Assembly (NCBI GenBank): GCA_016203765.1
Contig: JACQMB010000091.1
Location: forward strand, 1-39,066
DNA length: 39,066 nt
DNA from: Deltaproteobacteria bacterium
GTDB taxonomy: Bacteria; UBA10199; SPLOWO2-01-44-7
Direction of reading: 5' to 3'
Below, piece after piece: positions 15,501 through 26,745 of this stretch (positions are counted from its first letter, which is position 1; each line of letters begins with the position of its first letter). A program made the translations under genes and the position numbers. The notes under the pieces are model-generated. The model was not told where the DNA came from. It ran no database searches and saw only the letters and a program-made list of their open reading frames with translations.

Positions 15501-16059
15501 GACGCCCCTGCCATCTTTTGAAATTCTCTTTGCCCTGCACGATCAGCACCGTCTCTTTTTCAACCAGCGCCTGCTGGACCGGCCCCGAGTGGGGCCTTCG
15601 CAACAGCCTCTCCAAAAAGGCCTCGGTTAAATCCCGCAACCCCAAAGGAGAGACAATCAAGCCCCGGTCGCTCACTCCCTGTTCCAAATGATCGATCAAA
15701 CGCTCCAGAGACTCATCCAAAAAACGCGAGTAGCGGCGGGAGGGAATTTCTCCCAAACGATGGAGAGAAATTTTCGCAACCGCTTCCCGCCAGGGGTCCT
15801 GGGGCACGGCGCGTATTCTGGCGGCGAACTCCCGTTGAATCTCTTCCCGGTCGGTTCCCGTGGCGGCGCGCCAGCCGCGGACCAAATCCTTCAACTCGGC
15901 GCGGAGCCCCTCATCCACCCCCGCAAAGGCGTCCGGAAGCAGGGCCGCGTCGCCGGGCAAAAAATCGGCCCCCTCGATCACACCGGCCGCCAACGACGCC
16001 CCCCCATAGACCGAAGGCCCCACTCCCAAAAATAACGCTGATGACGCAAAGATGCTCAT
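12583..16059 (-). CDS. Large hypothetical protein: degenerate SF2 (ResIII/RadD-like) helicase fold, two XRE-like HTH segments, C-terminal 113-aa repeats
   Basis: Eroded motifs in helicase order: GLIVSPLGLRDLT, VILDKEHH, LLGLTES, AVYAGSREEA, VEALVEGVD, LQSVGAHL; QRPSEIIWQ occurs four times. Confidence 0.8.
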   Translation of the reverse strand: MSIFASSALFLGVGPSVYGGASLAAGVIEGADFLPGDAALLPDAFAGVDEGLRAELKDLVRGWRAATGTDREEIQREFAARIRAVPQDPWREAVAKISLHRLGEIPSRRYSRFLDESLERLIDHLEQGVSDRGLIVSPLGLRDLTEAFLERLLRRPHSGPVQQALVEKETVLIVQGKENFKRWQGRLSRLTGETIQDKEQAIFERDGIKIRLASIHELSRMEGPDLRGALARAGVVILDKEHHVRPIEDDPEDKDRSRFIRVLVEGGFLSPDFQIQKVEGQFLLGLTESVAEGAAGIYGGAKGLIFSEDLPSLLKQGLVIKPETRVYLPKPLATDKPVHEAWGELGLVERVEHLEETIVQLDRELSREEKIPRMAVYAGSREEAMALAARLQAEGRYRDRAALVISGDPEIEARRDLDWRDFVLGVRPIVIHVEALVEGVDEFQSDPLAAVIFAGVERAGGLRYALQSVGAHLGAQSAPLFVDLAGMFFRHPGLTAFDPSVYILEAGEIKRGSPLKSARPAGPRGGREVLKDTDVLTIDLFGEAAGENLGRYLRQLSPVPNAGAIAFGLGYSQELSEDLLAGRFVPNARLTVERLAEALGLDSRESGFLLHAWALDRLRYYETRHPMPQHLPDNEQALLKAARYMVIRRYGGMLGAVSGIKTETLRRYLEEGVSPENPGVRRNFFKALGNLVGKKYVERHLGRRILGDYFRPGRLDALDQTAPADLETLFDLVAGEKGQRPSEIIWQTRVQADGSLSNPSPLAVGEENQSRDYAKLRIGDLGGGRYAVTKARGTGAKNVVEGLRRAEGLKEVLTIRSDGWIGLRALRKDDLFTMETGDIEAMFQAVAKEKGQRPSEIIWQTLVQADGSLSNPSSLAVGEENQSTNYAKIQISDLGGGRYAVTKARGTRARNVVEGLRRSEGLKEVLTIRSDGWIGLRALHKDDLSTMETGDIEAMFQAAAEEKGQRPSEIIWQTLVQADGSLVNPSPLAVGEENKGYGYAKLRISDLGGGRYAVTKARGTGAKNVVEGLRRAEGLKEVLTIRADGWIGLRALRTDDLSTMEPSDIEAMFQTVAEEKGQRPSEIIWQMQVHADGSLVNPSPLAVGEKNQARNYAKLRISDLGGGRYAVTKAWGTGATKILAALKSSPLAQGPEAVLRIQ
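12640..13915. repeat. 339-bp tandem repeat, about 3.7 copies
   Basis: CTGCCAGATGAT recurs every 339 bp (about 12802, 13141, 13480, 13819); shadow ORFs repeat at 12866/13205/13544. Confidence 0.97.
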
Positions 16060-16068
16060 GCCTATTCC

Positions 16069-16096
16069 TTATCGGCTAAACCCAAAAAATGTTGCG
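16069..16096 (-). promoter_or_regulatory. Putative sigma28(FliA)-like promoter
   Basis: Perfect GCCGATAA -10 box 9 nt before ATG 16059; CGCAAC 14 nt upstream instead of the canonical TAAA. Confidence 0.45.
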
Positions 16097-16158
16097 TGCG
16101 CGGCCGCCTTCGAGCGATTCATTGATTTTGGCCAATAAATCCGCTACCTTATTAAGCA

Positions 16159-17966
<1,808 letters not shown>

Positions 17967-17970
<4 letters not shown>

Positions 17971-18884
17971 CCCAAAAAAAGGAGCTGGCCGAAAAAACCG
18001 TCATTACCGAGGTGGGGAGGGTTAAGGAGGTGGGTGAAAAGAATGCCTATATCCTTTTCCTTTCGGGCCCGCTGGTGGGCAAACTGCTGGAACTCAAGGC
18101 GGGAGAAACCATTTTGGGCCGCTCCCCCGATGCCGCCATCTCCGTCAACGATTCGCGCGTCTCCCGCCAGCATATCTCCCTGACCGTCAGCAAAGCGGGC
18201 ACCACTCTTACGGATTTGGGTTCCACCAACGGCACCTTTGTCAACGGCGGCCGCGTTCAAACCCACCTCCTGCAGGACGGCGACAAGGTGCAGATATCCT
18301 CTTCCACCATTTTCAAGTTTGCCTATCAGGACAATCTGGAAAACATCTTTCACAAGGAGCTCTACAAAATGGCGGTGATCGACGCGGTCACCGGCGTCTT
18401 CAACAAGCGCTATTTTTCCGACCGCCTCAAAGAAGAATTCGCCCACTCCAAGCGGGCCAGAGTGCCCCTGGCCCTGATCATGATGGACCTCGATCATTTC
18501 AAAAAGGTCAACGACACCCACGGCCACCTCGCCGGCGATTTTGCCCTGGCCCATATCGCCAAGACCGTGCAAAAGATGGTCCGGGCCTCCGATGTCTTCG
18601 CCCGCTACGGCGGGGAGGAGTTTATCATCTTGCTGAGGAACACCGATGAAAAGGGAGCCTCGCAGTTGGCCGAACGGATTCGCCTGGCCGTCGAACAATC
18701 ACCGGCCACCTTCGAGTCCCATACCATTCCGGTGACCGTTAGCCTGGGGGTGGCTTCTTTAGGTGAAGAGAATTACGGTTCGCCGGAGGTTTTTATCGAA
18801 GCGGCCGATCAATATCTCTATCAGTCCAAACAGGGAGGGCGTAACCGCGTGATTTCCGGGCATTATAAATCCGCTTCCTCATGA
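17967..18884 (+). CDS. FHA-GGDEF diguanylate cyclase (DgcB-like architecture)
   Basis: FHA motifs LGR, VSRQH, DLGSTNGT; RASD I-site and RYGGEEF; ATGA overlaps on both sides. Confidence 0.95.
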
Positions 18885-21085
18885 AAACGCTTTGGGAAAT
18901 GGTGAAAAGCCTGACGCGGCTGGTGACGGTCCTGGGGGCGGTCTCGGCCGCGGGGCTGGCCGTCGGTTTTTGCCTCCTCTTTGGAACCTATCTTTATTTC
19001 TCTCACGATCTTCCCAAAATCCAAACGGTGGCCGACTACCATCCGCAGGTTGTCTCCACCGTTTATGGATCGGATGGAACCAAGATCGGTGAATTTTGGA
19101 AAGATGAACGGCGCGAGCTGGCCGAAGTGACCGAGATCCCCCCCCTTTTGATCAGCGCCTTCGTGGCCGCCGAGGATTCCCGCTTTTTTGAACACCGCGG
19201 GGTCGATTTCAAGGGGGCCCTGCGGGCCTTTGCGGCCAACTTGAAGGCCGGCTCCATCGTCCAGGGGGGTTCCACCATCACCCAGCAAGTGACCCGCTCC
19301 CTCCTCCTCACCCGCCAGCGAACCTACGTCCGTAAAATTAGGGAGGCGATCCTCGCCACCCGTCTGGAGCGTTATCTCTCCAAGGATCAGATCCTTTATT
19401 TATATTTGAATCAAATTTACTTCGGCAACCGGGCCTACGGCGTGAAAGCGGCCGCCGAAAACTATTTTCGCAAAGAGCTCAAGGCCTTGAACCTGGCCGA
19501 GATGGCCCTGCTGGCCGCCTTTCCCCGCGCCCCCGAAAACTATTCCCCTTTCAAACATCCCAAAAAGGCCAAGGCGCGGCAGCGGTATGTCTTAGATCGC
19601 CTCCTGCAGGAAGGGATTATCCGTGAAGAGGAAATGGAAGAGGCCTTGAAGACCGAGCTGGATCTCCATCAGCGGGGTACCGACAAGGAGAGCAATCGGG
19701 AGACGGCCCCCTATTTTACCGAATATCTCAGACCGATCCTTTTGGAAAAATACGGGGAGGAAAAACTCTATTACGGGGGCCTGAAAATTTACACGCCGAT
19801 CGATCCGGTTTTGCAAAAGGCGGCCCAGAACGCCCTGCGCCAGGGGCTGGAGGAAGTCAACCGGCGCTACCGGCGGGACGTAAAAATTCAGGGGGCCCTT
19901 TATGCCCAGGAAATCCCCACTGGTTTCGTCAAGACCATGGTGGGAGGTTATGACTTTCAGACCAGCGAATTCAATCGGGCGATGAGCGCCCTGCGACAGC
20001 CGGGGAGCGCCTTCAAACCCTTTGTCTATGCCGCCGCCCTCGACAAGGGCTATCGTCTGCCCAGCCCGATCGCCGACACCCCTTTTGCCATTCCGGTGGG
20101 AGACAAGGTTTGGGCCCCCAAAAACTATGATGGCCGATACCGGGGGATCACCACCGTCCACAACGCCCTGGTCCATTCCTACAACGTGGCCACCGCCCGG
20201 ATCGGCTACCATATCCGCCTCCCTTATTTAACCGCCTACATCCGTAAAATGGGGATCACCACGCCGATCAATCCGTTCCCTTCGATGTCACTGGGGGCCA
20301 ACGGGGTTCATCTTTATGAAATGGTCGCCTCCTACGCCATTTTTCCGAGCCTCGGGGTTTATCATCCGCCGGTTTTTATCCTAAAGGTTGAGGACCTGAA
20401 GGGGAATGTGTTGGAGGAATATAAGCCGCCTCTCGTGCCGGAGGCGGGGAATGGAAACAATGAGGAGGAACTCAACAAGATTTTATTCGAAACCAATCAA
20501 AAATGGATCAAAACCGACGGGCTCGACCTGTATCCCAGTGAACTAAAAGTTTTGTATGGCGGCAATATCCCGCCGGGGCGGGTGATGACCCCCCAGACCG
20601 CCTATCTGATGTTGAAACTGATGTCCGATGTCGTGCAGATGGGAACCGGCCAAAGGGTCAAGGCATTGAATCGCCCGGTGGCCGGCAAGACCGGAACCTC
20701 CAACGAGTCGACCGACGTCTGGTTTATCGGCTACACCCCCCAACTGGCCGCCGGCGTCTGGGTCGGCTACGACGACAACCGTCCCATCGGCAAAGGGGAA
20801 CAAGGTGGCCATACCGCGGCACCCATTTTTTTGGAATTTATGAAGGCCGCCGCCGAAGGAACGGAGCCTTTGGAATTTGCCATGCCCGAGGAGGTCAAGG
20901 GTAAAGATCTGTTGGCATTAACGGGAGGCTCGGCCAAATTTGCCGAATATGTCCCCATGGAGGCCTTGGGTTTGATTGAGGGAGGCACCAGCCAAGACCG
21001 GGCGGCCGATTTTTTGGAGATGGATATGGAAGGCCCCCCCAAAACAGAATCCCCTTCCGAAGAGACACAAGATGAACTATACTAA
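18881..21085 (+). CDS. Class A penicillin-binding protein (PBP1A family)
   Basis: EDSRFFEHRGVD, QGGSTITQQ, RKIRE; SAFK, SYN, KTGT. Confidence 0.95.
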   Translation: MKTLWEMVKSLTRLVTVLGAVSAAGLAVGFCLLFGTYLYFSHDLPKIQTVADYHPQVVSTVYGSDGTKIGEFWKDERRELAEVTEIPPLLISAFVAAEDSRFFEHRGVDFKGALRAFAANLKAGSIVQGGSTITQQVTRSLLLTRQRTYVRKIREAILATRLERYLSKDQILYLYLNQIYFGNRAYGVKAAAENYFRKELKALNLAEMALLAAFPRAPENYSPFKHPKKAKARQRYVLDRLLQEGIIREEEMEEALKTELDLHQRGTDKESNRETAPYFTEYLRPILLEKYGEEKLYYGGLKIYTPIDPVLQKAAQNALRQGLEEVNRRYRRDVKIQGALYAQEIPTGFVKTMVGGYDFQTSEFNRAMSALRQPGSAFKPFVYAAALDKGYRLPSPIADTPFAIPVGDKVWAPKNYDGRYRGITTVHNALVHSYNVATARIGYHIRLPYLTAYIRKMGITTPINPFPSMSLGANGVHLYEMVASYAIFPSLGVYHPPVFILKVEDLKGNVLEEYKPPLVPEAGNGNNEEELNKILFETNQKWIKTDGLDLYPSELKVLYGGNIPPGRVMTPQTAYLMLKLMSDVVQMGTGQRVKALNRPVAGKTGTSNESTDVWFIGYTPQLAAGVWVGYDDNRPIGKGEQGGHTAAPIFLEFMKAAAEGTEPLEFAMPEEVKGKDLLALTGGSAKFAEYVPMEALGLIEGGTSQDRAADFLEMDMEGPPKTESPSEETQDELY

Positions 21086-21275
21086 TGCCATGCCGAATCA
21101 TCCGCGAAGCCCACAACTTCCCTACCGGCAAAAGAACCCGCAGAAAGGCTGGCAACCTCCACAAAACCAGAAAAGCCCGCCTCAAAACCGGCGGGAATCG
21201 CGTCTCCCCCGGAATTCAAGCAAACACCGCAAAAGTTTTGGGCATGTTTAACAACAACTGCCGGATACTTATTGG

Positions 21276-21890
21276 CTACTCCACCGCCACGACCACATCT
21301 TCAATGCGGTCACCGCGCTCGATCTGTTTGGTCACCTCCATCCCCTCAACGGTCTGGCCGAAGACGGTGTATTCGCCGTCCAGGGAGGGCTGGGGCGCAA
21401 GGGTGATGTAGAATTGGGAGCCGCTCGATTCCTTTTTGGGGTTGAGAGGCTTGCCGGCCGGGTCGGTATCGGGAAGCCGGGCCCAGGCCAAGGCACCCTC
21501 CGTGTGGGAACGCTTGATTTCAGGCGCCAGGGTATAACCGGGCCCTCCCCGGCCCGTTCCGGTCGGATCGCCTCCCTGGATCACAAAATCGGGGACCACC
21601 CGGTGAAAAATCAAACCTTTGTAGAATCCCTTCTGGGCCAGCTCTACAAAATTGGTGACCGACAAAGGGGCCTCCTTTGGATAAAGTTCAACTTTAATGT
21701 TTCCCTTGTTTGTCTTTATAATTGCTGAATATTTTTTATTAGAATCCACATTGACCTCCTGCGGCGCCGACCAGGATGTCGCCGCCTCTTTCGGCTGGGG
21801 ACCTTCATCCCCCTTTTTGGTTTCCTGATCGCGGCTACAATGGATTAAAAGGAGTGGAACAATTAAGACAAAACCGAAAATCTTTCTCAT
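21276..21890 (-). CDS. Cyclophilin-type peptidyl-prolyl isomerase, probable lipoprotein
   Basis: FYKGLIFHRVVPDFVIQGGDPTGTGRGGPGY, SGSQFYI, LDGEYTVFG. Confidence 0.95.
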   Translation of the reverse strand: MRKIFGFVLIVPLLLIHCSRDQETKKGDEGPQPKEAATSWSAPQEVNVDSNKKYSAIIKTNKGNIKVELYPKEAPLSVTNFVELAQKGFYKGLIFHRVVPDFVIQGGDPTGTGRGGPGYTLAPEIKRSHTEGALAWARLPDTDPAGKPLNPKKESSGSQFYITLAPQPSLDGEYTVFGQTVEGMEVTKQIERGDRIEDVVVAVE

Positions 21891-21923
21891 ACTGGCTCCT
21901 TCGGATAATTTTGATTATGTAAA

Positions 21924-22457
21924 CTATTTGTAAAGTTTATGTTTTACAATATACACAATGACCGATTTTGGCAACAATTCTTCCAGCCTCCCCCCCCTCT
22001 CCAGCGACTCGCGCACCGCGGTGGCGCTGACATCCGGAACGGGAGAAGCAGGCCCCCTGGGAACGACGATCCGTTCCGCTTCCCGTTTCAACGCTTCTGC
22101 CCGGTTCCAGGTGTCGATCTCGGCGGCGGCGTCCGCCCCCACTATCAAATAAAACCGTTGGGCGGGGTTTTCTTTTTTTAAGCGAACAACGGTTCGATAG
22201 GTAAAACTTTTGCCCCCCATTTTTTTTTCGATGTCCAGGACACGGACTTTCGGTTCTAACCCCTGAAAGGCCAGGAGGCACATCCGGAAACGGTGCGCAA
22301 ACGCCGCCAGCGGTTTGGCAAAGGGATGCTCGTCGCAGGGAATCACCCAGACCTGATCGACCTTCCCCTCGTTCAGCACCCATTCGGCCATCCCGACATG
22401 CCCCGAGTGGGGAGGATTGAACGACCCGCCCAGCAGGCCCACTCGTTCAGAAGACAC
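21924..22457 (-). CDS. nadD: Nicotinate-nucleotide adenylyltransferase
   Basis: GGSFNPPHSGH, SFT, LIVGAD, VSATAVR. Confidence 0.92.
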   Translation of the reverse strand: MSSERVGLLGGSFNPPHSGHVGMAEWVLNEGKVDQVWVIPCDEHPFAKPLAAFAHRFRMCLLAFQGLEPKVRVLDIEKKMGGKSFTYRTVVRLKKENPAQRFYLIVGADAAAEIDTWNRAEALKREAERIVVPRGPASPVPDVSATAVRESLERGGRLEELLPKSVIVYIVKHKLYK

Positions 22458-22501
22458 TTGACCTCCCTTTGAAGTTTTATGAATATAACGGGCCTGAACC
22501 G

Positions 22502-23293
22502 ATGAAGCAAGTCATTGTTGTCACCAAACTGAAGCACAAAGACCTGCGGAAGGCCACCCGGCATATCCACAACCAAACCTTGCAAGCCGTTAAAGAATTT
22601 CTCAACGGCTTGCGGATCCGATACCGCGTTGTCGATCGAAGCCGCCTTCAGTGCCCCTTGAAGACCGATCTGATCGTTACCGTGGGGGGGGACGGAACCG
22701 CCCTGGCCGCTTCCCATTTTGCCGGGAGCTCTCCCCTCTTTTGCATCAATTCCGCTCCCTCCACCTCGACCGGTTTTTTTTGCCGGGCCTCGTCAAGAAA
22801 TTTTCGCCCCCGCCTCCAAAAGATTTTAGAGGGAAAGATAAGCCCCCAAAAACTTCCAAGGCTCGCCGTTTATCTGCAAGGGAGGAAATTAGGACCTTAC
22901 GGGTTGAACGAGGTCCTGTTCGCCTCCAAATTGCAGGGTGAGACGGCCCGTTATACCCTCCGGGTCGGCCGCCACGGCGAGTATCACAAAAGTTCGGGGG
23001 TTTGGGTGGCCACCGGGGCCGGTTCCACCGCGGCGATTCATTCGGCCGGCGGCAAACAGGATTCCCCGCGCAGCGGGCGACTGCAATATAAGGTGCGCGA
23101 GCCGTGCCGCTTTCCCAAAAGCCGTTACCGCCTGCTCTCCGGTTTTGTCCAGGCGCGCGGGGCGATAAAAATCATCTCCGGAATGGACCAGGGGATGGTC
23201 TTTATCGACGGCGGCAAATGGCGCTATCCGGTGCCGCACCAAGCCGTCCTCACGGTGCGTGGCAACGTCGCCCCATTAAAGATTTTCTTGTAG
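22502..23293 (+). CDS. NAD(+)/NADH kinase
   Basis: VGGDGT, LNE, SSGVWVATGAGSTA..SAGG; ATG 22502 preferred. Confidence 0.88.
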   Translation: MKQVIVVTKLKHKDLRKATRHIHNQTLQAVKEFLNGLRIRYRVVDRSRLQCPLKTDLIVTVGGDGTALAASHFAGSSPLFCINSAPSTSTGFFCRASSRNFRPRLQKILEGKISPQKLPRLAVYLQGRKLGPYGLNEVLFASKLQGETARYTLRVGRHGEYHKSSGVWVATGAGSTAAIHSAGGKQDSPRSGRLQYKVREPCRFPKSRYRLLSGFVQARGAIKIISGMDQGMVFIDGGKWRYPVPHQAVLTVRGNVAPLKIFL

Positions 23294-24334
23294 ATCTTCG
23301 GGTGACCCAGCCGGTTCGGCTAGGGCGGGGGCCGGGGCCACCTCCAGATGGGAAATCCTGTCTTCCAGACGGCCCAGCCGTTTTTCCGATTTGCCGAAAC
23401 TCGATACGGCGTTGTTCAGGTGACGGCCCAGGGTGCCGAAATCGTCCTGAAACCGGCCCAGCTCCTGACGGATCCGACCCATCTCGGTTAAAATTTCCTT
23501 GACCCGTTTTTGCACCTGCATCCCCTGTAACCCCAAAAGAATGGTCTGAAGATAGGCAAAAAAGGTGTTGGGGGAGACGGGGATCACCTTTCGCTTCAGG
23601 GCGTGATTCATCAGGGAGTGATTTTCTCCGGCCGAAATGTCCTTGGTGATGATTTCATAGTAGACGTTCTCCGCGGGGATATACATGAGGGCGAACTCAA
23701 ACGTCCCCTCCCCCGGCTGGATATATTTGTCGGCGATATCATCGATATGTTTCTTCACCCCGGCCAGAAAGATTTTACGCAAGGAAGCCTTTTCCTCCTC
23801 GCCCTTGGCCTCCACCAGGCGGCGAAAGTGTTCCAGGGGAAACTTCGCATCGATCGGCACCAGCCGCTCGGCGGTCCGAATCACCGCGTCGACCCGCTCC
23901 CCGTTGCCGAAGGTATGTTGCAGGATAAAATAGTCCTGCGGCAGCATTTGCGAGAGGAGATCCCCCAGCAGTTGTTCGCTGAAGTTGCCGCGCAGTTTGG
24001 GGGCCCGCAGAATCTGCTGGAGCTCCGCGATATCCTTCCCCAGGCCCAAGACCTGTTTGGTGGTCTCCTCCATCCGGACGATTTTGGATTCCATCCCCCC
24101 GAAAAATTTGGAGGCATTGTCGAGACGATGGCCGATCCCCTCCTGGGATTTTTGCAAAAGGGCCGCCTGGCCTTGGGCCTGGGAGCGAAGCTCCGTTCTC
24201 AAGCCATCCAACTGTTGCTGGAGGAGCAAGAAAGGGGACTCCCCCGCCGGAGTGCGCCGCCGCCAATACCAGACCAGCACTCCCCCGGCAAAAAACAAGA
24301 CAACGGCCGCCAGCACCAAACCCCAAGAGTCCAT
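23276..24334 (-). CDS. rmuC: DNA recombination protein RmuC
   Basis: N-terminal TM and coiled coil; PKLRGNFSE, VDAVI, PIDAKFP, FALMYIPAE, VSPNT. Confidence 0.93.
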   Translation of the reverse strand: MDSWGLVLAAVVLFFAGGVLVWYWRRRTPAGESPFLLLQQQLDGLRTELRSQAQGQAALLQKSQEGIGHRLDNASKFFGGMESKIVRMEETTKQVLGLGKDIAELQQILRAPKLRGNFSEQLLGDLLSQMLPQDYFILQHTFGNGERVDAVIRTAERLVPIDAKFPLEHFRRLVEAKGEEEKASLRKIFLAGVKKHIDDIADKYIQPGEGTFEFALMYIPAENVYYEIITKDISAGENHSLMNHALKRKVIPVSPNTFFAYLQTILLGLQGMQVQKRVKEILTEMGRIRQELGRFQDDFGTLGRHLNNAVSSFGKSEKRLGRLEDRISHLEVAPAPALAEPAGSPEDLQENL

Positions 24335-24396
24335 CCGCGTCCCAATAGCAGGATTTCATTGACAGATCAAGGTATTACGCTTATTTTTATAAGGCG

Positions 24397-25314
24397 ATGG
24401 CCAAAGAGACCAAATCAGAGGTCCCCGAGGTGGAAATCCCTTTAAACAAAGGACTGCTGGATGAGGCCTCCAAGTTCAAGGAAGAACGCCAACTGCTGAA
24501 GGAACGGCTGGCCAAGATTGAGGCCGGCCGCAGTCAAGTCACGAAAAATGTCTTTGAAAAAGTCTACGGCGATTATGCCGACCGCCTGCAAAAAATCACC
24601 GACCGGTTGATGGAAAAAAAACAGGATATTGACCGGGAGCTGGGCACCCTGTATGAAACGCGCGATAAAATCCAAGCCGGCCTCAAAAATCATAAGGAAG
24701 TTTTGGAAGAGTTGAAATTCCGCCAGCAGCTGGGGGAGTTCGGGCGGGAGGATTTTCAATCCAAATCCAGGGAGCAGGAAGACAAAATCGAGCGGTTTGA
24801 AAAGGTCTTATCCGGGATATTATCAAACATCCGGCGTTACGAGGCCCTCTTTGAGGGCCAGGAAGATCTCCTCGATGAAGCCCCTCTGGTGTCCCGCGGC
24901 GAGGCAGGCGACGTTTGGGAAGCGGAGGCGGCCGAGGAAGGGGCGGCCTTGAGCCGCGGCGAAGGGCCGATTGGCAAGGGGGAGGGAGGAACCGGCTGGG
25001 AAGAGGCAACCAAGCCCAATCTTCAGGCGGTCTCCCAGATTACCATTCTCTCCGGCACCGATAATGTCGGCAAAAGTTTTCCCGTCAACGACACCGTTTC
25101 GATCGGGCGCTCCCACACCAACAAGGTCATCCTGAAAGACTCGAAAGTCTCCAGACAGCATGCCGAGATTAAGATGCGGGGGAGTGAGTGTATCTTAATT
25201 GACCTGAACAGTTCCAACGGAACCATGGTCAATGGCCAGAAGATCCACGAACACATCCTGAGTCCCAACGACGAAATCCAAATCGGGGACACTCTTTTGC
25301 AATACCGGCAATAG
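24397..25314 (+). CDS. Coiled-coil protein with C-terminal FHA domain
   Basis: SIGR, VSRQHA, DLNSSNGT, DEIQIG. Confidence 0.9.
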   Translation: MAKETKSEVPEVEIPLNKGLLDEASKFKEERQLLKERLAKIEAGRSQVTKNVFEKVYGDYADRLQKITDRLMEKKQDIDRELGTLYETRDKIQAGLKNHKEVLEELKFRQQLGEFGREDFQSKSREQEDKIERFEKVLSGILSNIRRYEALFEGQEDLLDEAPLVSRGEAGDVWEAEAAEEGAALSRGEGPIGKGEGGTGWEEATKPNLQAVSQITILSGTDNVGKSFPVNDTVSIGRSHTNKVILKDSKVSRQHAEIKMRGSECILIDLNSSNGTMVNGQKIHEHILSPNDEIQIGDTLLQYRQ

Positions 25315-25322
25315 GTACGGTT

Positions 25323-25679
25323 TTAACGAAGGCTGAACCGGCCGCGTCCGCCGCCGAAACCGCCGCCGCCCCGAGAGCCGCCCCGAGAGCCGCCCCGACC
25401 ACCGCCGAAATCGCCGCGGGGCTCCCGTTTTTCCATCGGACGGGCCTCGTTGACGACCAGTTTTCTACCCCCGAGATCGAGATTGTTCAGCTTCTCGATG
25501 GCGGCAGTGGCCTCCTCGTCATTGCTCATTTCCACAAAACCAAAGCCGCGCGAGCGGCCCGAGAATTTGTCGGTGATGAGCTTGGCGCTGACGACCTCGC
25601 CTTCCTTCTGGAAGAGCTCGTTTAATTGCTCTTCCGTCGTTTCGTAGGACAAATTGCCTACGTAGAGTTTCTTTGCCAT
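25323..25679 (-). CDS. RRM RNA-binding protein with Gly/Arg tail
   Basis: RNP2 LYVGNL, RNP1 RGFGFVEM. Confidence 0.95.
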   Translation of the reverse strand: MAKKLYVGNLSYETTEEQLNELFQKEGEVVSAKLITDKFSGRSRGFGFVEMSNDEEATAAIEKLNNLDLGGRKLVVNEARPMEKREPRGDFGGGRGGSRGGSRGGGGFGGGRGRFSLR

Positions 25680-25829
25680 TGTTTTGGCCTCCTTGTGCGT
25701 TTGTTTAGAGATCGATAATCGTGAAGACTCCTGAATTATCCGGGGTTATTGAAATCATTGGCGAGAAAAGAAAATATATTCACTAGAAGTAGTCTGGCAT
25801 AAACCCAGCCCAATGTACAGTGAAAATTG

Positions 25830-25902
25830 TGGAGCCGATCGGGATCGAACCGACGACCTCGACAATGCCATTGTCGCGCTCTCCCAATTGAGCTACGGCC
25901 CC
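25830..25902 (-). tRNA. tRNA-Ala(GGC), CCA not encoded
   Basis: GGGGCCGTAGCTCAATTGGGAGAGCG-CGACA ATGGCAT TGTCG-AGGTCGTCGGTTCGATCCCGATCGGCTCCA; G3:U70 pair. Confidence 0.97.
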
Positions 25903-25932
25903 TAAATGTATTCTCCAATGTTGCCGTGATGG

Positions 25933-26745
25933 TTAACGATATTTTTTTCTGGCCTCTTGGTAAATCTCCATGGCCCGGGGCAGGAGGGCTTTGAGGGCCT
26001 TGGCCCGCTCACCGCTGGCCGGGTGGGAGGCAAAGACACTGGTTTGGTCGCCCCGTTTCTTGGCGGCCCGTTCCCAAAGACGAACCGCCGCCTCCGGGTT
26101 GTAACCAGCCTCGGCCATATAAATCAAGCCCAGGCGATCGGCTTCCGATTCCGCCTTTCGGGAATAGCTTGGAACATAGACATTCATCCCCTGGGTAAAT
26201 ACCTCATTAAAAAGATCGGAGCCCTGCGCCGATCCCCCTGAGGCAATGGCGCTGGAGGCCACCGCGCCGGCGATTTGCAGGGTGGTGATCGTACTCAAAC
26301 GTTCGGTGACATGCCGGGCGGTGGCGTGGGCGATCTCATGGCCGATCACCGCGGCCAGTTCATTCTCATCCCCCTTGGTAACCAAACCCTTTTCCTTGTC
26401 CCAAAGACCGGTATAAACCATGATCTTGCCGCCGGGGGCGCACCAGGCATTCACCACCTCGACGTCGGCCAGGTGGGATTCATAGGGAAAATTGGGGACG
26501 TGGGTGAGGGGGATAATTCTTTGCACAATACGACGGATGCGCTGGTATTCCTCTGCGTCGGCCTCCATATCCATCTTTTTGTCGCTTTTCACCAGGGACT
26601 TTTGTTGAGAGGCCATCACCTGCTGGCCCAGTTTGATGTCGGAGGCCAGCGAGTAATAGTTATGGGTCGATTTCCCGGTGACCGGGTCTTTGCTGCAGGT
26701 AGCCAGCAGGGACAAGCCGGAGAGGACGATTAAAAGTTTTTTCAC
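25933..26745 (-). CDS. M48 family zinc metallopeptidase, probable lipoprotein
   Basis: [28 protein letters not shown]. Confidence 0.93.
   Translation of the reverse strand: MKKLLIVLSGLSLLATCSKDPVTGKSTHNYYSLASDIKLGQQVMASQQKSLVKSDKKMDMEADAEEYQRIRRIVQRIIPLTHVPNFPYESHLADVEVVNAWCAPGGKIMVYTGLWDKEKGLVTKGDENELAAVIGHEIAHATARHVTERLSTITTLQIAGAVASSAIASGGSAQGSDLFNEVFTQGMNVYVPSYSRKAESEADRLGLIYMAEAGYNPEAAVRLWERAAKKRGDQTSVFASHPASGERAKALKALLPRAMEIYQEARKKYR

Noticed and set aside
21924-23293. Divergent nadD and NAD kinase as a novel NAD-based defence module
   Set aside because: Both look like ordinary housekeeping NAD(P) biosynthesis enzymes with no defence-type neighbours
25355-25405. GCCGCCCCGAGA repeats
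   Set aside because: They encode the ordinary RGG-rich tail of the RRM protein
25680-25930. tRNA-Ala as an integration site; 60-aa ORF 25736-25918
   Set aside because: No duplicated tRNA 3' end or integrase seen; the ORF just overlaps the tRNA
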